Below are positions 47,731-57,660 of a DNA stretch of 64,000 bases, piece by piece. This stretch comes from Lentisphaerota bacterium (GTDB lineage: Bacteria; Verrucomicrobiota; Lentisphaeria; Victivallales; UBA1829). Below the pieces are notes generated by a model, which saw nothing but the letters and a program-made list of their open reading frames with translations, searched no databases and was not told the origin of the DNA. Position numbers and translations under genes: made by a program. The stretch's first letter is position 1, and each line of letters opens with the position of its first letter. The stretch spans positions 101,596-165,595 of the forward strand of contig SUVR01000005.1 of the NCBI GenBank assembly GCA_015061915.1. Reading direction: 5' to 3'.

Positions 47731-50700
47731 TTATGCCTTCTCTCCTTCCGCATCAGCAGCGCTGTTCAAATTCTGGGCTGCAAGTTCCCGATAATGCATG
47801 ACCGTTTCCACCGGCAGGGAACGCCACAGGAGGAACTGGTTTCTGATTTCACCGACGAAACGGGTGTTCCCGCGCAGCCACGCTCCCTTGGAGCCGTCCT
47901 TGCGGATGATACGCACCGTTACAACATCAATTCCTTCGATATCGGAAGGAGCTGAGTACATACTCATCTCTTCTGCAACACCCAGGTCAAAGGGCGCAAG
48001 AGTGAAGTCGGCGGTCAGCATATAGCCATCCGTCAGTTCGTTCTTGCCGTGAGTGATCCGGATATTGGAGGCGGCAAAGCTGCCGAGAGAGCTGTCTGCA
48101 TGGTTTGCAAAGTGTTCACTGATGAACACCAGAATACCGCCGAAGTCCACACGGGAAACCGTGAAGGGGAACTGGAAGCAGAGGATATCGCCATCCGGCG
48201 GCGGCATTTTCCATTTTCTTGCGACGTCCGGGCTGGCGGCACGGCCCGCCTTGATGGCAGGATAAACCGTGGAGAGCAGAACGATCGCCATAACGATCAG
48301 GATCGTGTAGACCGTGGTCATGGAGGAGAAGTTCATCTGCGGTGCTTCCAGCACACCGCGTTTCGCCAGTGCAGTAAGGACCGCATTGGTGACCTGGCTG
48401 AGCAGATAGCCGCCGAGACCGCCGATCACGGCGTAAACGCTGGATTCAGCGAAGAACAGGCAGCTGACATCTTTCGGGGAGAGTCCCAGTGCGCTGAAGG
48501 TGAAGATTTCACGTTCGCGGTCGGCAATGGAGCCAAGCAGCGAGCTGAGGATGATCAAAGCACCCAGCAGCAGCGGGACCAGCAGGTTGCTGAGACCGGA
48601 GGCTTCAAAGACCGGAGCCATGAAGTGCCGTTCCACTCCGTTGGATGCAGTGTTGGAGTAAACAATACCGAAGGTGACTTCGGCAATGTCCGTCGCATCC
48701 TTGCGGATATCGATTTCACTGCTCTTCGGGTAGAAGAGGACGGCATTGACGAAACCGTTGACCTTCTTTGCTGTTTCGTAGTCGGTCAGCATCGTCAGGT
48801 CCGGAGAACTCCAGATGAAGTTACTGGCGTCAACATAAGAACTGTTCAGAACAGCAAAGATGTTGGAGGCTTCAGCCGTGGCTGTCTGGTTGAAGTTCGG
48901 CGGAGTGACCTTACCGTTGTCAAGGTAGGTGAAATCGTCCAGATCCTTTGCTTCAAAGACGCCATCCAGCCGGACCGGCATCGTTCTGAGGTAGAAGATG
49001 TCGCCCACCTTCAGATCGAGAGATTCCGCTCTGACTTTAGAGAGATAGACACCGGGAACCGGGTCCGCAGCAGGAGCCGTGTACGGAGTTCCGTTCTTTT
49101 CCGCTTCTGCTTTTTTCTGCAGTTCAGCAGCCGTTTTTTCTCTCAGTTTCACCATCAGTTTACCCAGTTTTTCGGAGCTGATGGTTTCTTCCGGTTCAAA
49201 ACCGACCACCGCATCCAGTTCAATCGTCTGGGGCAACGGTTTGCCATCCAATGTTCCGTGGAATTTCGGATTGTAGATGACGTTTGCCTGATTGGGATAG
49301 GTGGGAAGCATATAGAACGGAGAATTGTAACTCGCCGAACGGAAGAATACATGATAATCATCTTTGTAAAGTTCCTTCATGGAGCGGCAAAGTGGTTCCA
49401 GCAGATCCACGTGCTGCGGCAGGAAGGATTCAATACGCTGTTCGCCGGATCCGCTGCCCATATAAACCGGGCGTACATAGGTAGTGGAATCGAAGGAGGC
49501 GAAGGAGATGATCGTGAAGGTCAACAGTACGACCGTCAAGATGGTCAGAAGTGTTTTGACCGGACGGTTTCTCATACTGGAGACACCGATCATGATCGCC
49601 GCCAGCAGCATACTGTTTTCAGAATTCACACGGTGAGCAGAGGTATCCATTCCCTGCATGGCGAGCAGTTCCGATTTGAACCGGCTCATCACAATGTAGA
49701 TCACCATAACACTCATCACGATGATGAAGAATGCAATGAAGATGATCATCGGGGACTGGGACATGGCAAATGCCGGGTGCGTGAAATAGAGCATCAGGAA
49801 GGTGCCGATGAAGAAGACCAGGATCCAAGCCATCTGCTTGTAAATGCTGGTTGCGCCGATAAGGAGGCGTTCCAACGCAAAGGAGAAGGGGATCGTCAGG
49901 ATCAACAGGATCAAGACACTCTTGACCAGGTCGTTGATCAGATTTTTGAGCGGTCTGTATGCCTGTACCGCCAGCGTCTGCCCGAAGATTTCGTGGGCTC
50001 TTGCCAGGTTCAGGTTGCCTTCTTCATGAGCTGCTTTCGCCGCCTGTTTGTGCTGTTCCGCTTTGTCGTGATAAAGTTCAACAACACTGTTGAAGATATT
50101 ACGGCTGTGCAGTTTTTTCAGACGCTGCAGGTTCAGCGCAATCGTGTTGTCGATCGCAACACGGTTTACATTCAGGTTTTTCAGAGCTTCCGGTTCAATG
50201 GAGATACCATCGCCGGTCGGGACATCATCCGTAACTTTCCCCAACATAAATGTTTCATTGTTGAAGTACAGTTTGGACTTGATGTTGCTGTCGGCGTAGG
50301 CATAGCCGTCACCGGTTGCCACACGGGCATAGGTTTTGGAGTTTTTGAACGCACTGTCCGTGAAGCCGTTGACCAGACTCAAAGAGCCGGCGAAGTTGGA
50401 AGTCAGCGGAGCGTAGGGATAGAAGTGCGGACCGCCGTATGCACGGAACAGTTTTGTCTTGTCGGCACTGGAGTTGATATATTTCACGTGACCGACTTCA
50501 TCAAAACAGATAGCACCGCAGTGGAGGTTGAAGTTTTCTCTGCCCCATCTGCCGCCGCCGGTCAGCAACGGCATGGTGGTGTAGCCGATCTGATTGATCT
50601 GTCCGATAGCAGCCTGCGAGAAGCCAGCCATCGGAAGGATACGGTCGTATTCATTCTGCTGAACGAGGGCGAGGGCGCCGGCGGCAGGTCCGTCAATTTC

Positions 50701-53124
50701 TTTGCCGTCTTCAGAAAGAATGTTGAACTGTCTGCCCTGAGGACTGCCGGTGTAGTAATAGTTTACGATGTTATCATACATTTTGGATGCTTCAAACATC
50801 GTTGTCATTGCTTTATCCGTGAAGGATTTATCGTTCACGAGGACCGTAAACATTTCGGTCATGACCGGGATCATTGCCTTGAGGTCGTCCGCCTTGTGCT
50901 TGCCGGGCATTTCGTCAAAATCATACTGATTGGAAATACTGCGGAGCGTGGTGGAGAATGTTTCAGACAGGGGCAGAGATGCCGCGTGAGGCAGGTATAC
51001 CAGAGAAAGGCTGCTGAGCGTATTGACCGCATTGCTGCCAATACCCAGACTTTCTTTGAAGAAGAGCTGGCTGGTCAGCGGCATTTGGTTCAGTGAAACT
51101 TCAAACTTTTCAAAGAACTTTCTGTAGTTTGCCGGTTCCAGTGTGTGAGAATAATGCAGCGCCTCATACGTTCTGGTAGCAAAGAAGAACGGTTCTGTAG
51201 CAGAAGCCAGATCAAAGTAATAGATCCCTCTCAAATTGTAATTTTTGGTGGCTTCGGCAATATCGATCCAGCAGTCGCCCATGCGGATGGAGAGAGCCAG
51301 TTCCTTTTCGCGCTGTTCAAGCGTGTTCCGGATTCCCTGTGCAAAGGAGGCAAGCATCTTTCTTTCAGCAGGTGTTTTGATCAGGCGTTCGTTGATGAGA
51401 CGACGCATATTCGCAACATCTTTTTTCGTGGTATCAAGATATTTCTTTTCTGCCGTCAGTGCATCGATCTGCTTCTGCAGTTCGGGGGAGACTGTTGCAT
51501 TTTTACCGGGGTTCAGCTTCCGCAGCAGAACGTTGATTTCCGCAAGACGGTAGTTCTTGGCATTGTAGTCTTTGATGACTGCATTTCTGAGCAGCAGACG
51601 GACTGCGCCGTTGGTCGGTTCCAGCGGATCGCCTTCATCGCCGTTTCTGAAATCCTTTTGAATTTCATCATATTTTTCGATCAGCTCGTAATACTCTGCT
51701 TCCAGTGCTGCTTTTTTTGCAGCATCAGCCGTTTGGGAAATTTCTTTTTCCTTGGACTGGATCGCAGCAAGGGTGCTATCCATTTCAGCTTTCAGCGTTT
51801 CCAGTTTGGCATCCGGCATTTTTGTGCTGAAGATCAGAGCAAAATAGATGATCAGCGCAATACCCATCAAAGAAATCCAGCTGCCCCAGGTGAGATAACG
51901 TTTTGCGTTGAACTCGACCTTTTCTGTGCCTTTTTTCCAGATCAGGGCAAGAATGAAAAGTCCGGCGGCAAGAATCAGAACGCCAACTGCAACGCCGATA
52001 TATTTTGTGTAGTCTTTCACCGTGTATTCGGTTTTACTGCGCACGATCGGAGCAGGCGTTTCCAGAATATTCAACTTAACTCTGTTGTCTGCAATTTCCT
52101 GTTCAAAACCGGATTTGTATGTGGAGATCTCCGGCGGATTGGCGGCATCATTTTTTCTTTTGAATACCGGGTAATAGAAGAACCGCAGCCCGTCATAGGC
52201 ATTGAAAGAGGATCCGTAGAAGACAATAAATACGGAATTATCCAATTTCTGTTTGGAGAGATTGAGCGCCGTTTCGGCAAGCAGAGCAATGTTTTCTGCC
52301 TGTCTTTCGCCGGCGACCATACCGGGAACCGTTCCGAACGTATCAAGTCTGGCGTTCAGGAACATCGCTTCGGAAGCGGAACCTTTGATCTCGGTCCAAA
52401 GGTTGATCCCTTCCACCTGTTTCCAACGGGAATGGCAGAGCAGAGATGCTTTCGGCAGTTTTTCTTTTGCAACTTCCGGTGTAGCCTTCAGCAGATCGTG
52501 CTTCAAGGCTTCATCACGGGTAATGTAAAAATAGGGGAATGCAATATGATACTGGCTGAGTACCTTCGCCGCATCCCACTGAGTTGCAGTGTCATTGCCA
52601 ACGAACACAATGGCTTTTGCACCTTCGGGGAAGAAGACTTTGGGATAGTAGCTTTCGCCCCAATCCAACAGGACGATCTTGCCGTCAACATGACCGAAAT
52701 CATTGCGCTGGAGACGTTCGTTGGAGATATAGACCAGCGGACCTTCCAGTTTCTTTTCACCGGTGGAAATCAGTGCCGCATTGTTCGGCGCCAGCGGATA
52801 AAATTCGACATCTTTGCCGTTGACTTTGAATTCCTTTTCTGTGACTTCCGGAACCAGAGTCGGGTATGTCTGACGCTTCAGAACGATTCCTTTGTCGCGG
52901 AAAGATTTTTCGATCGCTTCAACTGCTTTCAGGTATTCCGGACTGCCGGGAACCCGGTGCGGCAGAGCGGCAAGCTCCTGCTTGATCGTATCGTAAATGG
53001 CAGTCGTTGCGGGTACCGTTTTTGCCGCTTCAACCGTTTTCTCCGGGGTCGCCGGAGCTGCCTGCAGCATAAAGGCAGCAGAACACAGGATCAGCGGAAG
53101 AATTTTTTTCAATCTGGTCATCAT
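47731..53124 (-). CDS. 1797-aa multidomain membrane protein: signal peptide, degenerate M28/PA peptidase-like ectodomain, coiled coil, large unknown ectodomain, FtsX/MacB-type permease unit, C-terminal tail
   Basis: Signal peptide [24 protein letters not shown]-like GPLVYIS..VDGKIVLLD..GAKAIVFV. M28-like FLNARLDTFG / AGERQAENIALLAETA. MacB-type TM1 SMRNRPVKTLLTILTVVLLTF. FtsX box SIADREREIFTFSALGLSPKDV followed by 3 TM. ATGA overlap with the upstream ATPase stop. Confidence 0.8.
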   Translation of the reverse strand: MMTRLKKILPLILCSAAFMLQAAPATPEKTVEAAKTVPATTAIYDTIKQELAALPHRVPGSPEYLKAVEAIEKSFRDKGIVLKRQTYPTLVPEVTEKEFKVNGKDVEFYPLAPNNAALISTGEKKLEGPLVYISNERLQRNDFGHVDGKIVLLDWGESYYPKVFFPEGAKAIVFVGNDTATQWDAAKVLSQYHIAFPYFYITRDEALKHDLLKATPEVAKEKLPKASLLCHSRWKQVEGINLWTEIKGSASEAMFLNARLDTFGTVPGMVAGERQAENIALLAETALNLSKQKLDNSVFIVFYGSSFNAYDGLRFFYYPVFKRKNDAANPPEISTYKSGFEQEIADNRVKLNILETPAPIVRSKTEYTVKDYTKYIGVAVGVLILAAGLFILALIWKKGTEKVEFNAKRYLTWGSWISLMGIALIIYFALIFSTKMPDAKLETLKAEMDSTLAAIQSKEKEISQTADAAKKAALEAEYYELIEKYDEIQKDFRNGDEGDPLEPTNGAVRLLLRNAVIKDYNAKNYRLAEINVLLRKLNPGKNATVSPELQKQIDALTAEKKYLDTTKKDVANMRRLINERLIKTPAERKMLASFAQGIRNTLEQREKELALSIRMGDCWIDIAEATKNYNLRGIYYFDLASATEPFFFATRTYEALHYSHTLEPANYRKFFEKFEVSLNQMPLTSQLFFKESLGIGSNAVNTLSSLSLVYLPHAASLPLSETFSTTLRSISNQYDFDEMPGKHKADDLKAMIPVMTEMFTVLVNDKSFTDKAMTTMFEASKMYDNIVNYYYTGSPQGRQFNILSEDGKEIDGPAAGALALVQQNEYDRILPMAGFSQAAIGQINQIGYTTMPLLTGGGRWGRENFNLHCGAICFDEVGHVKYINSSADKTKLFRAYGGPHFYPYAPLTSNFAGSLSLVNGFTDSAFKNSKTYARVATGDGYAYADSNIKSKLYFNNETFMLGKVTDDVPTGDGISIEPEALKNLNVNRVAIDNTIALNLQRLKKLHSRNIFNSVVELYHDKAEQHKQAAKAAHEEGNLNLARAHEIFGQTLAVQAYRPLKNLINDLVKSVLILLILTIPFSFALERLLIGATSIYKQMAWILVFFIGTFLMLYFTHPAFAMSQSPMIIFIAFFIIVMSVMVIYIVMSRFKSELLAMQGMDTSAHRVNSENSMLLAAIMIGVSSMRNRPVKTLLTILTVVLLTFTIISFASFDSTTYVRPVYMGSGSGEQRIESFLPQHVDLLEPLCRSMKELYKDDYHVFFRSASYNSPFYMLPTYPNQANVIYNPKFHGTLDGKPLPQTIELDAVVGFEPEETISSEKLGKLMVKLREKTAAELQKKAEAEKNGTPYTAPAADPVPGVYLSKVRAESLDLKVGDIFYLRTMPVRLDGVFEAKDLDDFTYLDNGKVTPPNFNQTATAEASNIFAVLNSSYVDASNFIWSSPDLTMLTDYETAKKVNGFVNAVLFYPKSSEIDIRKDATDIAEVTFGIVYSNTASNGVERHFMAPVFEASGLSNLLVPLLLGALIILSSLLGSIADREREIFTFSALGLSPKDVSCLFFAESSVYAVIGGLGGYLLSQVTNAVLTALAKRGVLEAPQMNFSSMTTVYTILIVMAIVLLSTVYPAIKAGRAASPDVARKWKMPPPDGDILCFQFPFTVSRVDFGGILVFISEHFANHADSSLGSFAASNIRITHGKNELTDGYMLTADFTLAPFDLGVAEEMSMYSAPSDIEGIDVVTVRIIRKDGSKGAWLRGNTRFVGEIRNQFLLWRSLPVETVMHYRELAAQNLNSAADAEGEKA

Positions 53125-53900
53125 ACTTTAAGCTCCTGTCCGTCTTTTCTTGCAATCTGGGCGCGACGGATATCAACTTCAGCACTCAATTCGATCCGGT
53201 CGATCAGACCATCACTGAGCCAAAGCATTCGATCGCTTACCGTAAGCATATTGTGGTCGTGTGTAACGCAAACGACAGTAACGCCGTCGTTCTTATTCAA
53301 ATCGTAGAGAAGATTGTGAACATCATTCCCCGTCTTGAAGTCAAGGTTTGCTGTCGGTTCGTCGCAGAGGATCAGGGACGGGTCATTCGCCAGAGACCGG
53401 GCGATTGCAACACGCTGCTGCTGACCGCCGGACATTTCTTTCGGTCTGTGGTTCCAGCGTTTTTCCAAACCGACGCGTTCCAGAAGGCGCATTCCTTTCT
53501 TACGTGCTTCTTCGGGGCTCTTACCGGCGAAAATCATCGGCAGGGTCACATTTTCCAATGCTGTCATAACCTGATTGAGGTTGAACTGCTGGAACACATA
53601 GCTGATCTTCCGGCAACGGAGGAACGCCAGTTCAGAAGCCTTGAGCTGTGCCATATCCACTTCGTCAATAAAGATTCGTCCTGCAGTGGGAGTGTCAAGG
53701 GCTCCGATCATATTGAACAGAGTTGATTTACCGGATCCGGAGGGTCCCATGATACAGATATATTCTCCGCGGTAGATCTCCAGGGAGATATTTCTGAGCG
53801 CATGCGTGACTTCCGCCCCGCGGTGATAGGTCTTTTCGATGTGGTGCACACGCACCAGAACCTCTTTACCTTTCGCATATTCTACTGGATCGTAAGGCAT
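53121..53900 (-). CDS. ABC transporter ATP-binding protein (MacB/LolD/FtsE-type), module 1
   Basis: [36 protein letters not shown]. Shares the identical block [23 protein letters not shown] with the 45012-45755 product. Confidence 0.9.
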   Translation of the reverse strand: MPYDPVEYAKGKEVLVRVHHIEKTYHRGAEVTHALRNISLEIYRGEYICIMGPSGSGKSTLFNMIGALDTPTAGRIFIDEVDMAQLKASELAFLRCRKISYVFQQFNLNQVMTALENVTLPMIFAGKSPEEARKKGMRLLERVGLEKRWNHRPKEMSGGQQQRVAIARSLANDPSLILCDEPTANLDFKTGNDVHNLLYDLNKNDGVTVVCVTHDHNMLTVSDRMLWLSDGLIDRIELSAEVDIRRAQIARKDGQELKV

Positions 53901-53921
53901 ATTGTTATCCTCTCGTCAAAA

Positions 53922-55511
53922 TTATTCCACACGCATTGCTTCCATCGGAGCCATACGGGCTGCTTTCGCAGAGGGGTACAGCGAGGAAAGCACCGAGAGC
54001 AGCACGCCTGCCAGCAGGGAGAACAATGCTGCAAAACCGATCATACTCCAGTCGAACGAGGCAAAAACACGAAGTCCGACCTGGAATACCGAACTGGACA
54101 AAGCAACGATGAATCCGAGGATGAGACCGATCACACCACCGATCACGCCCTGGATCATTGCTTCAAGAACAATCTGGATCAAAATAAAGGAGTCTGTTGC
54201 ACCGAGACACTTCAGTGTTGCAATTTCACGGAAGCGTTCTGTGATACTCATAAGCATAGCATTGGTGATCCCGACCACGCAGACCAGGAAGGAGAGACAC
54301 ATCAGATAAATCTGATCGGGTGTAAATCCTTTTGCATCGTCCAGCGTGTTGATGTCGAGCTGGAGTTCCAGCTTCTGCAGTTCTTTCTGCATATCATCGT
54401 TTTCACGGATGGATTCGAGGTCCGTTCTGGGAATCAGTTTCAGCTGATCATCGGGAAGTGACTTCACTTCGTCGGGATTGCCGCCGAAATAGATCACGTG
54501 CTGCAGTTCGCGCAGATTTCTTTTCTGCTGACTGGGCGCTTCATTAAAGACACGCCATGTTTTATTGGTATCAAGATGAGCCAGTTTTTCGTCCATACGG
54601 CTGTACTGATTTTTGCCGTAGACCTGACGCCATCTGATACGGTAGGCTTCATTGGAAAGAAGCATTTTGACTTTATTGGTGCGTTCCTGGACATCCAGGT
54701 AGTCGACGATCATTTTTGTTTCGTCATCGGTGATAAACACGTTCAAAGCCGCCAGTTTATCGCGCCACTGCTGATTGATCTGTTTCTGAGCATTCAGATC
54801 CAGCAGATGTTTTGCCAGGACCTGTCTTTCTTTCAGTTCTTTCCCGTCGGTTGCGCGTGCGGGGAAAGCCTTGTCATTCCGCACAGCCTGCAGTTTTGCG
54901 AAAGACTGTTTCAGTTCGGTCCGGTATGCTTTATAGCCGTCGAGATAGGTTTTGAGTTTATCTTCACCGCCGGGGATCCGGATCCCGCCGAGTTCACGGG
55001 TCTTTTTCAGGAATTCGTCATAACTGCCATCCTTGAGCAGCATTTCCAGCTGAGCGGAATCCTTGTTCTGACCGAAAAGAGCTTTGCGTTTCCCGAAGGG
55101 CAGTTTTTCAAAGAAACGGAGATAAATCATTTCCTGTGCGGCGTTATCAACAAACGTCTGCATCTGTTTCTGATCTTTGCCGAGCATTTTAGCCAGGCGG
55201 TCGAAATCGCCGGGACTCTTTCTGGCATCAACCAGCATGGAGACGAAGTCTTTTTCTGTAATAGAAGCATAGAGCATATTCAGGATACGCGCAGCTTTGC
55301 GGCTTTCCAGAATTTCTTTTTCCACGCCTTCTTTTACGGAGTTTCTGAAAATATTACTGCACTGCAGGAACATAAAGAACGCCACAGCCAGAATCACCAC
55401 GCTCAAGGTGAGCAGTGAACGCATAAAACGGTGCCGGATACTGCTGATACAGAAATCCAAAGTTTCGGCAAAGGTCATTTGCCTTTGTTTTTTGATAATG
55501 ATTTCTTCCAT
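53922..55511 (-). CDS. FtsX/MacB-type ABC permease with ~340-aa helical ectodomain, module 1
   Basis: N-terminal RHRFMRSLLTLSVVILAVAFFMF (MacB TM1 pattern), a K/E/Q-rich ectodomain, and a C-terminal FtsX domain ITERFREIATLKCLGATDSFI... ending ..YPSAKAARMAPMEAMRVE. Confidence 0.85.
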   Translation of the reverse strand: MEEIIIKKQRQMTFAETLDFCISSIRHRFMRSLLTLSVVILAVAFFMFLQCSNIFRNSVKEGVEKEILESRKAARILNMLYASITEKDFVSMLVDARKSPGDFDRLAKMLGKDQKQMQTFVDNAAQEMIYLRFFEKLPFGKRKALFGQNKDSAQLEMLLKDGSYDEFLKKTRELGGIRIPGGEDKLKTYLDGYKAYRTELKQSFAKLQAVRNDKAFPARATDGKELKERQVLAKHLLDLNAQKQINQQWRDKLAALNVFITDDETKMIVDYLDVQERTNKVKMLLSNEAYRIRWRQVYGKNQYSRMDEKLAHLDTNKTWRVFNEAPSQQKRNLRELQHVIYFGGNPDEVKSLPDDQLKLIPRTDLESIRENDDMQKELQKLELQLDINTLDDAKGFTPDQIYLMCLSFLVCVVGITNAMLMSITERFREIATLKCLGATDSFILIQIVLEAMIQGVIGGVIGLILGFIVALSSSVFQVGLRVFASFDWSMIGFAALFSLLAGVLLSVLSSLYPSAKAARMAPMEAMRVE

Positions 55512-55513
55512 GA

Positions 55514-57595
55514 TTACACCTGATAGCTGATGGTGGAGGGATTCTTGGTAATGATATAAAAGATCAGCCCGCTGATGATAAACAGACCGGAAGCTGCAAT
55601 TTCACCAAAGATCAAGCCGAGGAAAAGCGGTTTCATCTTGATGTAGTTCTTTTCACCGCCGAGCTTGACCACGATGGTTCTGAGGAGCCAGCCAAGCAGG
55701 AAGCTGAACCAGATCACGTTCGCCGGACCGGTGTTCCAGATACAGAAGATTACTGCATGGAAGGGCCACCAGAGGAAACGGGTCCGCATAAAGCCGGTAA
55801 AGAATACTGCTGCGATACCAAGAATGAAATATACCACATAGTTGATCTTTTCCGGTTCGATGGATTTGATTCTTTCACCGATGTTGGAGAAGTTGAATGC
55901 ACCTTTGAAACGTTCCTGCCATGTGGTTTCCGGAGTATAAACCGGTTCTGCCAGCTGAGCGTTGTTGTTCAGGTGTTCGATTTCAGAATAAGAGTCTCTG
56001 ATACCCAGAGACCATTCGGTTTTCTGCGGGTCTTTGTTGTTGCCGAGGCTGTAATACTGCCAGATGTGCATGAAGAAGGCAGCGCCGAATGCGATAAAGA
56101 TCGAAATCATAACGATCATGCCGACACGGCGGAGTTTGACACCGGCATCGTTGGTCACCTTCATACCGGTGGCGACATAGGGCATCATCAACTGCTTCAT
56201 ATCGCTGCAGAGAACACCGCTTGCCTGACCGGATGCCATCAGGTTTTCCGGTCCCAGCGCCAGACCACCAAAAACTTTTGCCAGGAAAGAGTTGGGCATA
56301 AACGGGGAAGCCATAAGGGGAATACCCGCTTCGCAGACGATTCGCGTGAACACCAGATACATCATGATCAGAAGCAGGGTCGTTGCCGATGCCATAATGA
56401 TGTCCATCCCGAACAGCGTGAACATAAACACAAGGAAGAGAGCGGTGAAAATGAACAGTCTTGCACCGAAAACGGCGCCCTGATCTTCTTCCGAAACACG
56501 CTTCCAGGTGATAGCCTTCCAGAAAATCGAACCGTAATATTTTCTGCCGAGAATGACCATCATGATCACAAATGCCAGATAAGCACCGGCGCGGAAGACC
56601 TGATTTTCCATACTGGAAGGAGCAACGCCGGTCGCTTCATAAACTTCCGTAGCAAACAGAAGATAGACAAAACCGTTCAACCCGACGCTGAGGCTGAGTG
56701 CCGGAGCGAGGAAGTAGGCGATCCCCACGATCAGGAACATGATTTTCACCGCACCGAAAATGCCGGAACAACCGGTCTGACCGATGATGGGGAAGGTTTC
56801 GCTGAGACCGGAGAGCATATAAGTCATCTGGATCGGCTTGAACTTTGTGTTGGGGTCCGAAGCCTGGGCGAAATTGTAAAGATGAATAATAAGGACAAAA
56901 AGGAAAGACATCCAGAAAAGTTTGGAGCGGAAAATATCAGCGAAGTGGCTGTTTTCATCCTTCTTTTCAAACAGGGACTGTGCAACCGTTGCGAGCGGGT
57001 AAGTAAGTTTTTCGTTCCGGATCCACTGACGATGGACGATCAACAGCAGAGCAAGAGACATAAGAGCGACCAGCAGGATAACCGTACCCCAGTAGATCAG
57101 GGGCATTTCCCAGGCGGACCAGGGTACTTCGCCGAAGGGCAGCCATTCACCGATACCGGTCTGGAACTGTGCAATGTTTTCACCGGGTTCGGGCAGGGTG
57201 TCGTGGTTCAGGTAATCGCCGATGTGTTTTTCCTGCCAGGAGCGGTTGCTGGAAAGAGTATGAACGGTCATTGCGGACTGCGTTGCAAACTGTTTCATCC
57301 AACCGTACCAGGCAAAGCCGCCGGCGGTGAGCGTCATGACGAATGCGACCGCAAGTTCTTTGACATTCAGCGCGAGACGCGGAACGTATCTGGAACAAAA
57401 CGGGTTCCAGAGCAGGCAGATCAGGAAGAAATAGAAATAAATCCCGATGCCGAGCTGATGGTTCAAGATTGACTGTTTTGCGATAGTCGGGCCGAATTGA
57501 CTTCCTGCAGCGATCAAAAGGATGCCGAGTAACCCGGCAATGATCGCTTTCGGCGTAAACGCCCGCGTTTTTGCTTTCTCAATGTTTCCGTCCAT
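55514..57595 (-). CDS. OPT-superfamily-like polytopic membrane protein, module 1 (first gene of operon)
   Basis: 693 aa, about 16 TM. NEKLTYPLATVAQSL closely resembles the OPT/YSL KLTYPSGTATA block and the paralogue motif at 45768-47729. Confidence 0.55.
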   Translation of the reverse strand: MDGNIEKAKTRAFTPKAIIAGLLGILLIAAGSQFGPTIAKQSILNHQLGIGIYFYFFLICLLWNPFCSRYVPRLALNVKELAVAFVMTLTAGGFAWYGWMKQFATQSAMTVHTLSSNRSWQEKHIGDYLNHDTLPEPGENIAQFQTGIGEWLPFGEVPWSAWEMPLIYWGTVILLVALMSLALLLIVHRQWIRNEKLTYPLATVAQSLFEKKDENSHFADIFRSKLFWMSFLFVLIIHLYNFAQASDPNTKFKPIQMTYMLSGLSETFPIIGQTGCSGIFGAVKIMFLIVGIAYFLAPALSLSVGLNGFVYLLFATEVYEATGVAPSSMENQVFRAGAYLAFVIMMVILGRKYYGSIFWKAITWKRVSEEDQGAVFGARLFIFTALFLVFMFTLFGMDIIMASATTLLLIMMYLVFTRIVCEAGIPLMASPFMPNSFLAKVFGGLALGPENLMASGQASGVLCSDMKQLMMPYVATGMKVTNDAGVKLRRVGMIVMISIFIAFGAAFFMHIWQYYSLGNNKDPQKTEWSLGIRDSYSEIEHLNNNAQLAEPVYTPETTWQERFKGAFNFSNIGERIKSIEPEKINYVVYFILGIAAVFFTGFMRTRFLWWPFHAVIFCIWNTGPANVIWFSFLLGWLLRTIVVKLGGEKNYIKMKPLFLGLIFGEIAASGLFIISGLIFYIITKNPSTISYQV

Positions 57596-57660
57596 AGTCT
57601 TTCCCTGTCAAATGTGTATGTCTGGGCACTTCTCATGCCACGGGCATAAGAATATTTTAT

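Noticed and set aside
48049-53307. 1015-aa and 720-aa plus-strand ORFs (48049-51096 and 51145-53307)
   Set aside because: Both are antisense to the 1797-aa gene, whose minus-strand product has a signal peptide, TM helices and an FtsX box. The plus-strand translations are R/G/D/H/Q-rich with no motifs.
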